DNA of 64,000 nt. It comes from Paecilomyces variotii (taxonomy: Eukaryota). The DNA lies in the NCBI GenBank assembly GCA_004022145.1, contig RCNU01000003.1; one strand, given 5' to 3'. This document shows positions 13,162-25,037 of this stretch, in pieces; the first letter of the stretch is position 1, and every line of letters starts with the position of its first letter. A program made the translations under genes and the position numbers. The notes beneath the pieces were generated by a model. The model saw only the letters and a list, made by a program, of their open reading frames with translations. It ran no database searches and was not told the DNA's origin.

Positions 13162-13252
13162 AGGGCTTCTCAACAATTAACTGTGCGGAATATGTGGCTT
13201 AAGTACGGCTGATCGGATGGGAAGCCATTTTCCACACCCTATGGTCGTATAT
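13162..13252 (-). pseudogene. Degenerate 5S rRNA copy
   Basis: 13193-13252 aligns with the 5' half of the 5S gene. The 3' half is decayed and lacks the GGGTGGGTGACCACC segment. Confidence 0.85.
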
Positions 13253-14434
13253 TCTTAACGAGAATTATTTATTCATTGATAAAGGGGCCTCTGACTGATG
13301 TGGGAACCTAGATGTTAAAGCTACGGTAATGCGAATATAATCTACTGTTACCAAGATGTAGCTGGCCTTGTGGCAGAACATTTGACAGAGACTTTGTCCG
13401 GTCAAAGATCAATTTCAGCCTATGCTATTCAAAAAATCATTCAGGAGATACGGCGAACAAGCCATGAACCATAATGACGGATTTAAAGAGTAATGAGTGA
13501 AAGATTTCAATTCCTTTCTCCCGGGTAGAGAGTAAAGAATTGAACTTCTATTTATCAGCAAGTTAGTCCGAGAAATAGGATACCTCAGATGATAAAACGG
13601 GCCCGTTCACCGCTAGCTCTATAGCCAAGATATAGATTAAATTAGGATTACTGGCTTCCCTGTGCTTGTAGTCTAAAGGGTTTTTATATAACTGGCTAGA
13701 ACGTTCTTTATATTGAAGCTTCTGGGGGTTTTAGTACCACATGGTTTCTTTTATGGCCTTTCAGCACAAGGCCCATATGAAAATAGAACAGTTAATCATA
13801 TTAGTGACTGATCTTTTCCGAGTTCGATATCAACATCAAAAGGTCGGGGCGTATCAATCTACGACGACAGAAGAGAAGAAGCCTTCAAAACAGGCAATCC
13901 TATGTTTGCAATATATCAGCTACTGCTGGAGCTAACCTTTAGAGTTCAACTTGCCTGAGCTGCAGCATCTGTGGAAGCGCCATGGCCCTTTTTTTAGGCC
14001 ATGATAAACTTCCAAGTGGGAACGAACCAGCCTTCGTATATAGCAGTATACAGTGATGATATTCCATCGTTCGTGCCTCATGTCACATGCATTCTCGGGA
14101 TTCTGAGCTGGGGAAAACATACTATCTGATCTCGAAGGACAGTATGCCATTACATGGTTGACCCTGATATACCGGGGACACGGCCCCATTTGACACTTTC
14201 ACTTCCTCTAGACACTATCTATTGAAAATATGGGCCTATTAGGCATGTCTTGCGGTTTCAGTCAAAAGTCGAACAAGACCCAATGAAACCATAAATGAAA
14301 CATCGACGTGTACTGCGCTGCAATACTTCAAAACAATAGCCTACATCAATCAACATGCCGGCTCGATTTCTACTCTACGCGACTTGTCAAACTGACATAG
14401 GAACAGATGTTGAATGAAAAGCAAAGACAAAAAA

Positions 14435-14553
14435 ACATACAACAGCAGGGATTCGCTGGTGGTCACCCACCCAACTACTAACCTGCCGGCGTGTGGCTTG
14501 AGTACGGCTGAGCGGACGGGAAGCCCTATTTTCCACACCCTATGGTCGTATGT
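14435..14553 (-). rRNA. 5S rRNA (119 nt)
   Basis: Reverse complement reads ACATACGACCATAGGGTGTGG...GAATCCCTGCTGTTGTATGT with a terminal stem, followed by a T-run Pol III terminator. Confidence 0.97.
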
Positions 14554-15061
14554 GCTTGTTGAAATTGTTTATTCACTGATGAGCTTGAATATTCTGATGT
14601 GGGAAACCTAGAAGTTAAAGCTATATAATGAATAGTTTCAAGTGCATGGCGTTCGAAAATAAATGAACCTAGTGACGCCTGCCTTCATATCTTGCAAAAC
14701 CTAGACTATATAGTTAGGAAGTACTACGCGCTTGAATGCCGAATGTCTCATGTACAGCCCTCTCAAGCCAAGTAAATGCTCTTATCTACCCCTACTCCCG
14801 TTTCCACTTTGTCACGTCTTATATGTTAAGTCAATTGTATTATTCTATATCTCGCTGACAGAGGTCTGTTCCAGGACCAATAGGGGATAGTCCTATCGGT
14901 AAGTACAGCTGCCCCACAAGAGAACACCGCCTTCAGCTCTAACTAGCTTCTCCTGCCACGTAGCCAGGATCAGTACAACACACGTTTGCAAGACTCAATC
15001 TTTGGCATCCAACCTGGTATGTTTGTCGTCACTTGCACTCCATCTTGACCTATACAAAAAA

Positions 15062-16010
15062 AATGATCAAATCATTCATCCCGTCAATTTTACAACCGGA
15101 TTACACTTGGCCACGGCCGATGCCGCCCAGAATCCTTCAGACCACACCGCCTGTACCACATGTACCAAGCAAAACCGTCAGAATACTATGGGGTATCGTC
15201 CATAAAGCCCTATATCATTTTTCTCGATGGTACTGTTCTTGGTTTGGCATTCATTTTGATGCCAGTATTGTGCAACTACCGTTTGGACTTGTTATGAAAT
15301 GGACAGATCGGACGAGCCTCGAGGAAGCTATCTCCATGCAAATGGCAAGAGCTGCTGGAATGCCTGTTCCCAGACTCATAAGCTGCGGCGAACACCCAAA
15401 TGATCCATTCAATGCGTTTTTTTCAATCCTAATGACGAGACTGCCGGGTGTTCCCCTCGAGAATTCAATGGACGAGTTGCAACCTGATGCTGAAGAACCC
15501 TGGCTGGAAGAATTGAAAATATGCGTTCAATCCATGCGTCTATGGCATCCTCCTAGCCAAGAGATCATTTGCTCTCCTATTGGAACCAAAATTCGAAGCT
15601 CACGCGTTCCTCATCACGTTATGGGTCCTTTTGCAGACCAGGAGGAATTTCACAGATATCTCTTATCTCCTGCTTCAGCACATGGGTTTAAATCCGTCGC
15701 AGAATATGAAGACGCCCTTTTACGCGCAAAGAAGCTACAAGAACGCCACTATCGGATAGTGTTTACTCATGGAGATTTCAAAGCTCACAACATTCTTGTT
15801 GGCGATGATGGACACCTGTCTGGATTCCTTGATTGGGAATCGGCAGGCTGGTATCCTGAATATTGGGAATTCACAACGGCGATGCGGTTTGGAAGAAATA
15901 GCTGGTGGTTCCAAGTGGCCTCTTGGATGGGTGGAAATCAGTACCTCGATGAGTTACAAAGCGACATCGCTTTAAACCTATTGACCGTTGATTCTTATAT
16001 AGCTTTATAA
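15062..16010 (+). CDS. APH-family phosphotransferase, single exon
   Basis: EAISMQM, PVPRL, MTRLPG, FTHGDFKAHNIL and LDWESAGWYPEYWE. Confidence 0.88.
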
Positions 16011-16378
16011 TAAGATATTTGTGATGCTATTAATATCTACCCTTTTCATAGTTCATATAGGAGTATAGACAGTAACTGTCTCCAGGTCCAAGCTAAAGTA
16101 TAATAACTCAGACTAGAAAAAGGTAGATGAGGACTATCATTATACGGGATATACAAGTTAGATTTTATTCATAACGTAGCAGAAGAAATCCCGAGTAACA
16201 GTCACAGATAGATATAATCTTGCATACTACATTGACCTTCAAGGACAGAGTAAGTACAGTTCAAGGAGTTCGGGGGAATAAGACATGTCCGGTTATAACC
16301 AAAGATAATGAACAACAAGCACAAGAGATCTAAACAATTCCTCTCTTCCCCACAGTGAGCTTTAGCTATGTTCCATAT

Positions 16379-16945
16379 TTAAACACAGAGCCTTGATTCA
16401 ACGACCGGCCGCGGCTGGTCATTGTTTGCAGCCCCAAGGCTGTATCTGTTTCCAAACTCCATGCACTCCTGCTGCAGTGCATCGACGTCACTGCAACGGA
16501 CGATCCCATGCTGAATCAGTGTTTGCAAGATAGTCATCAACCAGACCCGGCAAGTCACACCGGGAATTGCATTGAGATCTCCATCACGAGATTTCATGAT
16601 TTGATCCAGTCGACTGTGGTTTGCTTTTGGAACGGTTGCGATCCTAACCAGAGTGCACAGAAAGTTGGACTTAAATACGCCACGAGTCCGTCCGTGATCC
16701 GATATCCATCCGCCACCTATGTTTGTTATATGATGTTTCACGCCTCCCTGGGGACTTGTGTGGAAGTAGTAACCCCAGTGGAAATCGTTTGGTTGAGGAG
16801 GATCTGATCGTATATAAAGGATAACGTAGAGTGTATCCACTGGCAGTTGGGCCAAGGCTTCCTCCTGGGCTTTCTTGATCGCAAGAGCTCGTTCTTTAGG
16901 ACCCATTGGTGGCTGAGCAGGGGAAGATGATTGTGACTTGTTCAT
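16379..16945 (-). CDS. Hypothetical 188-aa protein with possible His/Cys dyad
   Basis: Intact ATG ORF with FHWGYYF and TCRVWL. A diverged partial copy lies at 19366-19467. Confidence 0.7.
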   Translation of the reverse strand: MNKSQSSSPAQPPMGPKERALAIKKAQEEALAQLPVDTLYVILYIRSDPPQPNDFHWGYYFHTSPQGGVKHHITNIGGGWISDHGRTRGVFKSNFLCTLVRIATVPKANHSRLDQIMKSRDGDLNAIPGVTCRVWLMTILQTLIQHGIVRCSDVDALQQECMEFGNRYSLGAANNDQPRPVVESRLCV

Positions 16946-18645
16946 TTTTGAATAGAAAGAAGAAAAGATTTTTGGTCAAGCAAATAGATCAAGTAAATAG
17001 ATCAGAGGATATTAGGTAAAAGTGATCTAAAGCTGTAATAATATTTGGGGAGAAAGACTTCCTTTATATATCCTCTCCTTTACTATATATATCATTAATA
17101 AGGAAACAACTTATAACAGCTTGGAGCCAATTAGTATGGATGAAAATGGGTATGAGTGATCAACAAAATACGGCCAATCTCGTTCCTATTTCTGTTCATT
17201 AGCGCTGGGATACCTAATAGGATAAAAGCGTGAAAGTCTTGCATTAGAAGTTGTTTTATCGATCCTAGTTAAAACCATTCCGAGGAAGCTTAGTGGTTTG
17301 ACTGTAAATCAACTTAGCGCGTAGCTACTTAGAATAGTCACGAAAGAAATACCTCTACAGCTAATATTGCATTAGTGTACTGCAATAGCAACACTGGATA
17401 GATAGTATTTTATCCGGGTATAGCTGAAACATCCTAAACATCCTCTAATCTTTAGAACAGCGGCAAGTTAACCTATCTAATTGTGTATGAGAAATGCAAC
17501 ATGGGTTATATGGAACATGAATATGCATAATTATCTCTATATTCGAAAGGCAAGTATAGTATCTGCGACAGGTCGCATTCTTCTCATAACCCTGTAACCC
17601 AGTGTAGTAGCAACTTGCGAACACTTGATAAGTAGGCGCTTATTTACAATCGATCATTTGCCAGGACTAGACTTGAGGCGCAAGAGTTGGCGTATCCCTC
17701 TCATCACAGTTACTTGCCTATTGGTTATCCAAGTAAAACGAGCTATAAGCGGCGCTATCACCAATAGCTAACAGTGGTCTATCAAGTGGCAGGTGATGTA
17801 TATTCAGATAGATAATTATGGTAGCAACCCTCAAGGCATAGGCTAACGCTCGAAGCAAAGGGACTGGGGGTGGGGGGGTATATTCCGCTTTCTTTTCTTT
17901 TTCTACCGGACAGCGTCTCGCTTTGTCTGCATTAGGGTATCCCTGGCCCCTGGTAATTCTATATATATAACCGTCAAGTGCTGGATTACAGGGTGCTTGG
18001 TTGGTAAACATGAGTCGAAATTAAGCGCCCAGGGTGAGTTAGGGTGAGTGCGAGAGCAAGGAGAGTAGGAAAACGCGACGCGGTCGCGCAACCGTGGGGG
18101 CCAAGGTCATATCACCACCTGTGCCGCTTGTGACGACATTTTGATAGTCAGAAGTCTGCCTTGCCCATCATACTGCAGGTTCAGTCACACATCGGTTGAT
18201 TCAGTCGTACTAGTAGAGCTTGAGAACCTAGCTCGGTGCTGTCCGACAATCTTCCGAGCCACAGGGCCTGTTCCTCGGCACAAGTGTGTACTTATCTCAC
18301 TTCTGCCCAAAGACGACGAATCCCTACCCGTCTCTTCCATCGTGGAGCATAAATAGCTGATAGGTTTCGGTTCAATTATCTAGTTCTCCAAGCAACCGGA
18401 GAAGCTAGATCGAGTCTCCGAGAGCCCGATTGGCCCCCCACGTTACTTCCCCATGGGGCCAAGCACGGGACTGGGTGCTTACTAAGGTTCAGTTATTAGG
18501 CTCACAGTTCTCTATAGATGTCTTTGCAATGAAACAAAGGTAAGTACTTGTGAGTACCGGCAAGGAGACCACGGTATTATTAGAAGACCTGAGACTTATC
18601 ATCACCAATTCATGATCACGGCCTGTCCCCGCTGTTACAATCAAA

Positions 18646-19194
18646 TCACCCTTTGGCTGGCTTCTCAAACTTCAACCACTTCTCCGGCACCTCGTGAATC
18701 CGTCCTTCTTCCGACATCTCTGGAAACCACTGACTAAATTCTCGAAATTCCCTCTTTGTTGCGCCCGATCCTGGGCCTAGATCAAAAAACCTTCCATCTG
18801 CAGTTCTAAATCCGGATGCCACCACATCAGCAATACACTGATCATTTAGAATAGAAACACCGCGATCAATCATGTCTTTCATAGTCTCAGCATAACGCTT
18901 CGCAAAGTCGGCAGAGGATTCGCCTTCTTGTCGTAAGATATGATTGCGTAGTTCGCTTTGGAGAATAACAGAATTAGGATCAGCGCCCTCAGCGATGAGG
19001 CGGTCACGCTCCTGGCGCGCTGAGGTGGCATAGTCTTGGGGTGTCTCATAGACCATGGGCTCGTCGTCCGAGTCGTGAGGAACCCCTTCATCTCCATAGA
19101 TTTGAGCTGGTTCGGAGTGTATCGCACCTGACTGTTGGTCGAGAGCTTTTTGCTCGGACATCGTAGGTGCTGCGGCAATGTCCTTCATTCTCAT
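18646..19194 (-). CDS. Hypothetical acidic protein, 182 aa
   Basis: Uninterrupted ATG ORF with plausible composition. No recognisable motif. Confidence 0.6.
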   Translation of the reverse strand: MRMKDIAAAPTMSEQKALDQQSGAIHSEPAQIYGDEGVPHDSDDEPMVYETPQDYATSARQERDRLIAEGADPNSVILQSELRNHILRQEGESSADFAKRYAETMKDMIDRGVSILNDQCIADVVASGFRTADGRFFDLGPGSGATKREFREFSQWFPEMSEEGRIHEVPEKWLKFEKPAKG

Positions 19195-19365
19195 AACGGC
19201 ACGATAGTAGAACGTATATTTTTGTGGCTTCTAGACTGATTACTTACTACTTAAATGACCGCACCGAACTTGGTAGATAAGCTGATGCAAGCTGATGCTG
19301 CCTAAAATATGGATTCGGATTTACCAATACTCCGTCACAGTCACTTTGCTTATATCTAACTGGAA

Positions 19366-19467
19366 TGTACAGAAAGTTGGACTCAAATACATAACGCTAC
19401 TAGTCGTTCCGTGATCTGGTATCCATCCACCACCACCACCTGAATTTCTCATATGACATTCTATACC
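19366..19467 (-). pseudogene. Fragment paralogous to the 16379-16945 gene
   Basis: CAGAAAGTTGGACT.AAATAC...TCCGTGATC.G.TATCCATCC.CCACC matches 16658-16717. Translation GGGWIPDHG compares with GGGWISDHG. Confidence 0.7.
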
Positions 19468-19516
19468 AGACTATGCATACATCTGTTCATACGCTTCGTG
19501 AGTAAAAAAAATAAAA

Positions 19517-19635
19517 ACATACAACAGCAGGGATTCGCTGGTGGTCACCCACCCAACTACTAACCTGCCGGCGTGTGGCTTAAGTACGGCTGAGCGGACG
19601 GGAAGCCCTGTTTTCCACACCCTATGGTCGTATGT
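19517..19635 (-). rRNA. 5S rRNA (119 nt)
   Basis: Same sequence as 14435-14553 except two substitutions, followed by a T-run terminator. Confidence 0.97.
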
Positions 19636-20069
19636 GCTTATCAGAAACTGTTCATTCATTGATGAGGTTCATGTCCTGAAGAAGCCGGTGAGTTGCGCAA
19701 GTTGAAATATCCATTTACTTTAGGGCATTTGGCAGAGACTTTCGTCCGGCCAAAGATTAACTTTAGTATATACTCCGCAAGCTTCAAACCAAGGGTCCTT
19801 GAGTTCGATCTGAATTTTTTTTTTTTGGTCTATATAAATAGTGGTGGTGTAGTATGAATCCCAAAAATTAGCTGGTTAGTGATTTTACAAATCGATCAAA
19901 CTCTTATCCCCGAAACACTTCTCTTCTGGACACACCTCTGTTCATTACAGAGGCGGATCGATAAGGACAGTGATGCAAACAGGCGGTGCTAAATTACATA
20001 GAAAAGAAACAAAAAAAAAGTGGTGAAGCACAAGTTCATGTCAGCGCTGATGACCTCGTCGCCACAGTG

Positions 20070-21362
20070 TCAATAATATCGAGGGCCTTGCACGTCGGAT
20101 TTGTGGCCTGGGCCATCGCACCCCGAGATGGCAACCTGAAACTGATGAGGCACGCCTCGATCTGAGACACTATCTTGTTTGATTTCGCGGGTGACGCGAA
20201 TGATATGGCGCGTCGACTCGTCGTCACCACTGCTTTCCTTGTCCTGAAAATGGTAGTCCTGCTCATCCCCCATTCTAGTATCGTTGTTGGACAGCTTGAT
20301 ATGACTACGCCCGCCGGTGCCGCCAATGGTCCTCAAGTTGATGTCTCGGGACTTGCCGGGCGTCATTGAGCTCGCGCCATATGAGGGTGAAAGATTGCGG
20401 AAGAGAGGGCGCAGCATGGGCATGGAGCCCGCGATGATGCCCAAGTCGCACTCGAGCACTGTCAACATGACAATTTTGCCGATTGTGTCTGTAGCGCCAG
20501 TCATCAGCTTTCTGTCTCTTCATGGAGTCTTCTTTTCCCTCTAAAGAAGGGAGAGAGGGAGGGGGGATATACAGAATCTCTCAGAAGGCGCAGTATAAGC
20601 CCAGGTGTAGGTTATGCGGATAGTAGTAGCCACCGACGCAAAGGCACCGAGCGACAGGATTCCCATCGTGATGACCTTAATCTTCCAGCGCATCTGGAGG
20701 TGGCGGAGCAAAAAGCAGGGCACCAGTGCGGTGCATATATCGGTAAAGATGTTGACCGCCGAAACAAAGTACGACACATTCAGAATGACTGTCTGGCCCG
20801 AGGTGCAGTCTCCTGGGTGACCCCATGCTGCTGATACAGGTTTGCACTGGAAAATCGCCACGGGCCATGATATCTGCCAGACGATCCAGCCCAGCGCGAA
20901 CAGTGCCCACAGGATATTTCGATATATCTTGCTCGTCAAGTTGTTGGCAATCCGGAGCAGCGTCCAGATAATGCTCGATTTGATAAGGGGCCCGTCCAAG
21001 ACGTATATGAACTGCCAGATAATCGTCCACAACCCTATCTTGTACTGCATACCGACCGTGATAATGTCATCGTGCGACCCGATTCCGCTGAACGACAGAA
21101 CCATGACAGAGGCATTGTGTGCCAGGTTGAGGATCTAGAAAGAGAGTCAGGTAGCCGTTCGCAATCCAGATGTGTCCGGCGATCAGAGCAATGCAAGACT
21201 CACCCATCCGGCAAGCATCATCCAATCCTCGACAGCAAACGATCGCATTGAGATGCGAACATAGAATCGCAGGCCCGCCACGATGCTTGATAGGATGGTA
21301 AAGACGATGGTTAGCACCAGCAGCCCGAGGGTATACTTAGTTGTAGTTAGATCTTTAGCCAT
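20070..21362 (-). CDS. PTH11-like fungal rhodopsin-domain integral membrane protein, spliced, no CFEM domain
   Basis: LRFYVR..EDWMM, IKSSI, FQCKPVSAAW, NIFTD..ALVP and LECDLGIIAGSMPMLRPLF, with multiple hydrophobic helices. Confidence 0.88.
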
Positions 21363-21629
21363 GGTTGTAGAACCGCCCTTTTGATGGAACTTCCTATAGA
21401 AAAGCTCCCTCCTTCTTCGCGAAAATTATCTCTCTCTCTCTCGCTCTCTCCCAACCTCAAGGTGCACGTTATACTTATTGTTGATGTGTATCCAGGGTAA
21501 AAACCAAATCGGAAAGGCCATCTACCTTATGGGACCACCGAACATTCGTTTGGAAACTCCTAGCGTCTGAGCCAAGCAGACGATTCTACAGTAATTTTAT
21601 TTTCCCGCTCTAATCCAGAAACCTTGTCG

Positions 21630-21662
21630 ATAGAGACGGCGTAGAGACGGCATAGAGACGGC
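21630..21662. repeat. 3 x 11-bp tandem repeat (RTAGAGACGGC)
   Basis: ATAGAGACGGC GTAGAGACGGC ATAGAGACGGC read directly. Confidence 0.9.
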
Positions 21663-22829
21663 AGAGTATAATGTTATTAGCTAATATCATCGATAGCGTA
21701 ATCGCTACATAGTAAGACTGCTGAAAGAATTGTAGTATTGTGGCTAACATAGCCAAGAAGGATCTAGAAGATAGACTGTATTGTCAGTATCCAGAGACAC
21801 TAAGAGGAGATTTCTCCTGAGTCCTTCTAGTCGAGTGCCTGACATCTATTGTCGATAACTTCATTTTTTCGTAAAAGAACCCACCACAACCAGCCCATAG
21901 CGGTCATGAAATCTAGGATCAAGGGCGTAATCCGAATACTGCTAACTGTCACTAGTAAGTAGCATGGGGCAGGGGCTTTTAAGACCCAGACGGGCCGGAC
22001 CGTCCGCGGGCAGATTCCGAGGGTCTAGTATAGAGTACAACTCATTCAATTGGCGCATTCTGCACGGATCTAAGCTTAAGATCTAAATAAATCTATTTTC
22101 CAAACGTACACCCGCTAGGCATTCTCAATTTTGAATAATCTGTATTCTAACCATGCTTAATTGCCCTAGCCCTAATTTTGGCGTATACCCAGCCAACTAC
22201 GGAGTAGGGTGGTAAAACGGTGAAAAGAAAATGAAGATATAAAAATGGTTGATGAACTAGGGTCTTTGCTACCCATATCTAGGTGTGGTCAGATGGTCAG
22301 GACTCTGTTCTCTTCGGAACTTCCTGGTCTATCTAGTCCGGGGAGAGTTACATCGACTACCACCTCGTTGGTTGGCTCGCTGGTTGGTTTCTCCCGTTTT
22401 GCAATTCTACTACGGTTCTTGCAGTCCACTAATACGTCCGTAAGGGAGCTTACACCTTATCTGCCCAAGTAATAGGCGTCTTAGCGAGTCAAGCTATCCA
22501 TGGTTTAATAGCTGGCCGGCCATCCCAAGTGTTGGTCTTGTATCCTTGTCACTTTCCAGATGTCTACACCGCCGTTATTCACACGTATGATTGGTCTATA
22601 TGAGTTTCAAGATCTTGGGAACTTGTCACAAGACGGCAGAGTAGAGTACACTAGTCAATAACCCTGTATACGGAATCGTTAAACGTCCCGCGATAGTCCC
22701 ACGCTACTGGACTACTGTTAGTCCAGACTAGTATGCAATTGATTATCCAATGAACGAGAGAAGTGTTTAAATAGGAAGGGTCTGTAGCTGCTCATTAAGT
22801 ATCCCGGTCATTCCCACGTTATTCATCCC

Positions 22830-24039
22830 ATGCCCTTTCGCGTGCCAGCTGAGCAGACTAGGATAGAGTTGGAAGAGAAGGGAAAAGAAAGGCAGAAAGA
22901 GATGTCTGAAACCGCTGGTGAGCAGCTTCCAGCCATTCCTGAGGATCTGACTCCTGAATGGCTGGGAGCCAAACTCGGCCACAAGATCAAGTCGGTTGAG
23001 AATACGCGAAGCATTTGGGGCACGGGCAGCAAGCTGTTTTACACCATCGCGTACGAACATGAAAGCAGCGATGAGAGGCCGACGCATATCTGCATCAAGG
23101 GCGTCTTCGACCCCAAGATGATAGAGGAGCAACCGTGGACAGTCAGCCTGGCGCAGCGCGAGGCCGAATTCTTTGCTAAGCTGGCGCCTACGGTGAACAA
23201 CATGATCTTCCCCAAGGGCTGGTGGAGCAGCACGAGTGACAAGCAGGGCATCTCCATCATGAACGACCTGACCAAGGAAGGCTGTACCTTTCCCCCCGAG
23301 GTTGCCTCCTATCCGGTTGAGAAAGTCATGGATGGCGTCGGGCAGCTGGCCGGTCTGCATGCGCAATACTGGGGTCAAAGTCAGGAAGATCATCCATGTA
23401 AGCGCACTTTCCTCTATCCCAAGGGTTTCATTTTGTGCTTGCCAGTCACCTAACACAGCCACAGGGATCTGGAACAATTATGACCCGGCCATGAGATTCA
23501 TGTGTACGCCCTGGGACGAAATAGTTCGAACTCCCGGCCGAATCCAGCTGCCCGAGTATCTAATGGACGGCAAGCGATGCCTCGAGGCCCTAGATCGCTA
23601 CTATGCTGAGCGTAACCCGCGATTCCGCACACTGCTGCATGGCGACACGCACATCGGCAACGTCTACTTCACACGCGACGGGCATATCGGGTTCCTGGAT
23701 TGGTCGGCCTTCCACTTCGGGTCGTGCTTCCACGACATTGTGTACCACATGACGGCTATGCTTAGTGTCGAGGACCGTCGCGCCCACGAGATGGAGATCC
23801 TGGATCACTACCTGGAGACGTTGCACAGGCTTGGCGGGCCAAAATTCGATCGCCACAACGATCCCGAAGTCATGATCGAGTACCGACGGTCCTTCATGAC
23901 CAACGTCATCTGGCTCATCTGCCCTGATGGCCTCCAAACTAAGGAGCGCGTTGCTGTCTTGTGCGAGCGCACCGTTGCTACTTACGACGATCATAAAGTC
24001 ATCGATGTAATTCTTGACAGGCCCAAGCCGGCTATCTGA
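22830..24039 (+). CDS. APH/choline-ecdysteroid-kinase-like phosphotransferase
   Basis: LTPEWL, REAEFF, LAGLHA, TLLHGDTHIGN and FLDW. One intron at 23398-23464. Confidence 0.85.
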
Positions 24040-25037
24040 GAGCTGAAGGAAAGGTTAGAGTAGAAGATGGTAGAGATGTTTTCTGGACCTGTATGAGAGG
24101 GCTGTAATAGCTGTGTCACCTGAGATGTTGAGTGGTTGAGATCTCAGGGGTCAGGGAGCTTCTACCTGCCGACAAAAAGCGAGAGAATTCCCCTGATAGT
24201 GGTGACAGACCTCTACTCTACTTGGCAGCATAATCGTTCTTTGTACTTAAGTGGAGATGTGAGACTAGTCCACGGGAATGAAGCACGCCACGTTGACTAT
24301 GGTTGAGATTATGAATGAGCCAATGTAGGTCTGCAGTCGAGTCCTCACGACATGCATATGTTCTCTCTCATCCAGCAAGTTGTCGATTTGAACGATCGTG
24401 CTGTGAAGCATTGATAGCACCCTTGATCCAATTGTCGACTGTGGGGACCCTTTCATAAATAGTCAGCCATTAGTTATCCATTCCGCAAGTAGTATATCAA
24501 GTTCTTCATAGTGCCACTTTAGATGAAGGAAGCTGTATTGACAGGACGCCTGATCATTGCACTGTGCATGTGGTTGCCTGATCTCCAGGCATTACGATTT
24601 ACTTTAACTTAAGTTAAAGAGAAAGCTTTTAAAAAGAATATTATTAATTTTGGTAATGCACATGCTGATACGTTAAACTCCGGCTCTTAAACTGCCGTCC
24701 ACTCACCCCGATAATCGTCAATCTGATCTTGAATGGTAACTATGCCACATTACAGCTTTCCTAGATCAGTGGCATCTCTACGTATATACTTATGTATTTG
24801 ATTTACTAGCAGAAAGGAAAGGCCAATGTCGTCCTCGAAAGGGACAGCTGAGGTATCAGAACCACCGTCACCATTGCATTCTATTCTATGTCCTGTCCTT
24901 TCCACCACTCCAACCCCCCAAAGAAGACACAATATGTTCGCTGCAAAGGGTGCCATAGGCAGATATGGTGTGCTCTAATTACATTAACAGTTATTTGCCT
25001 CCCGTTTCGCTGTAGAGACGGGTATTCATTTGCTTGA

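Noticed and set aside
14350-14611. ORFs overlapping 5S genes (also 19471-19659 and 2333-2671)
   Set aside because: Spurious translations of rRNA sequence.
18030-18049. Telomere-like AGGGTGAGTTAGGGTGAGT
   Set aside because: One TTAGGG within a 2-copy 10-mer, not a telomeric array.
22767-23994. Long antisense ORFs over the phosphotransferase (also 62242-62886 and 43431-44009)
   Set aside because: Shadow frames of codon-biased genes with no motifs.
2347-24500. Intact transposase, reverse transcriptase or DUF3435 captain gene
   Set aside because: No ORF of suitable size or motif was seen, so no mobile_element feature is called.
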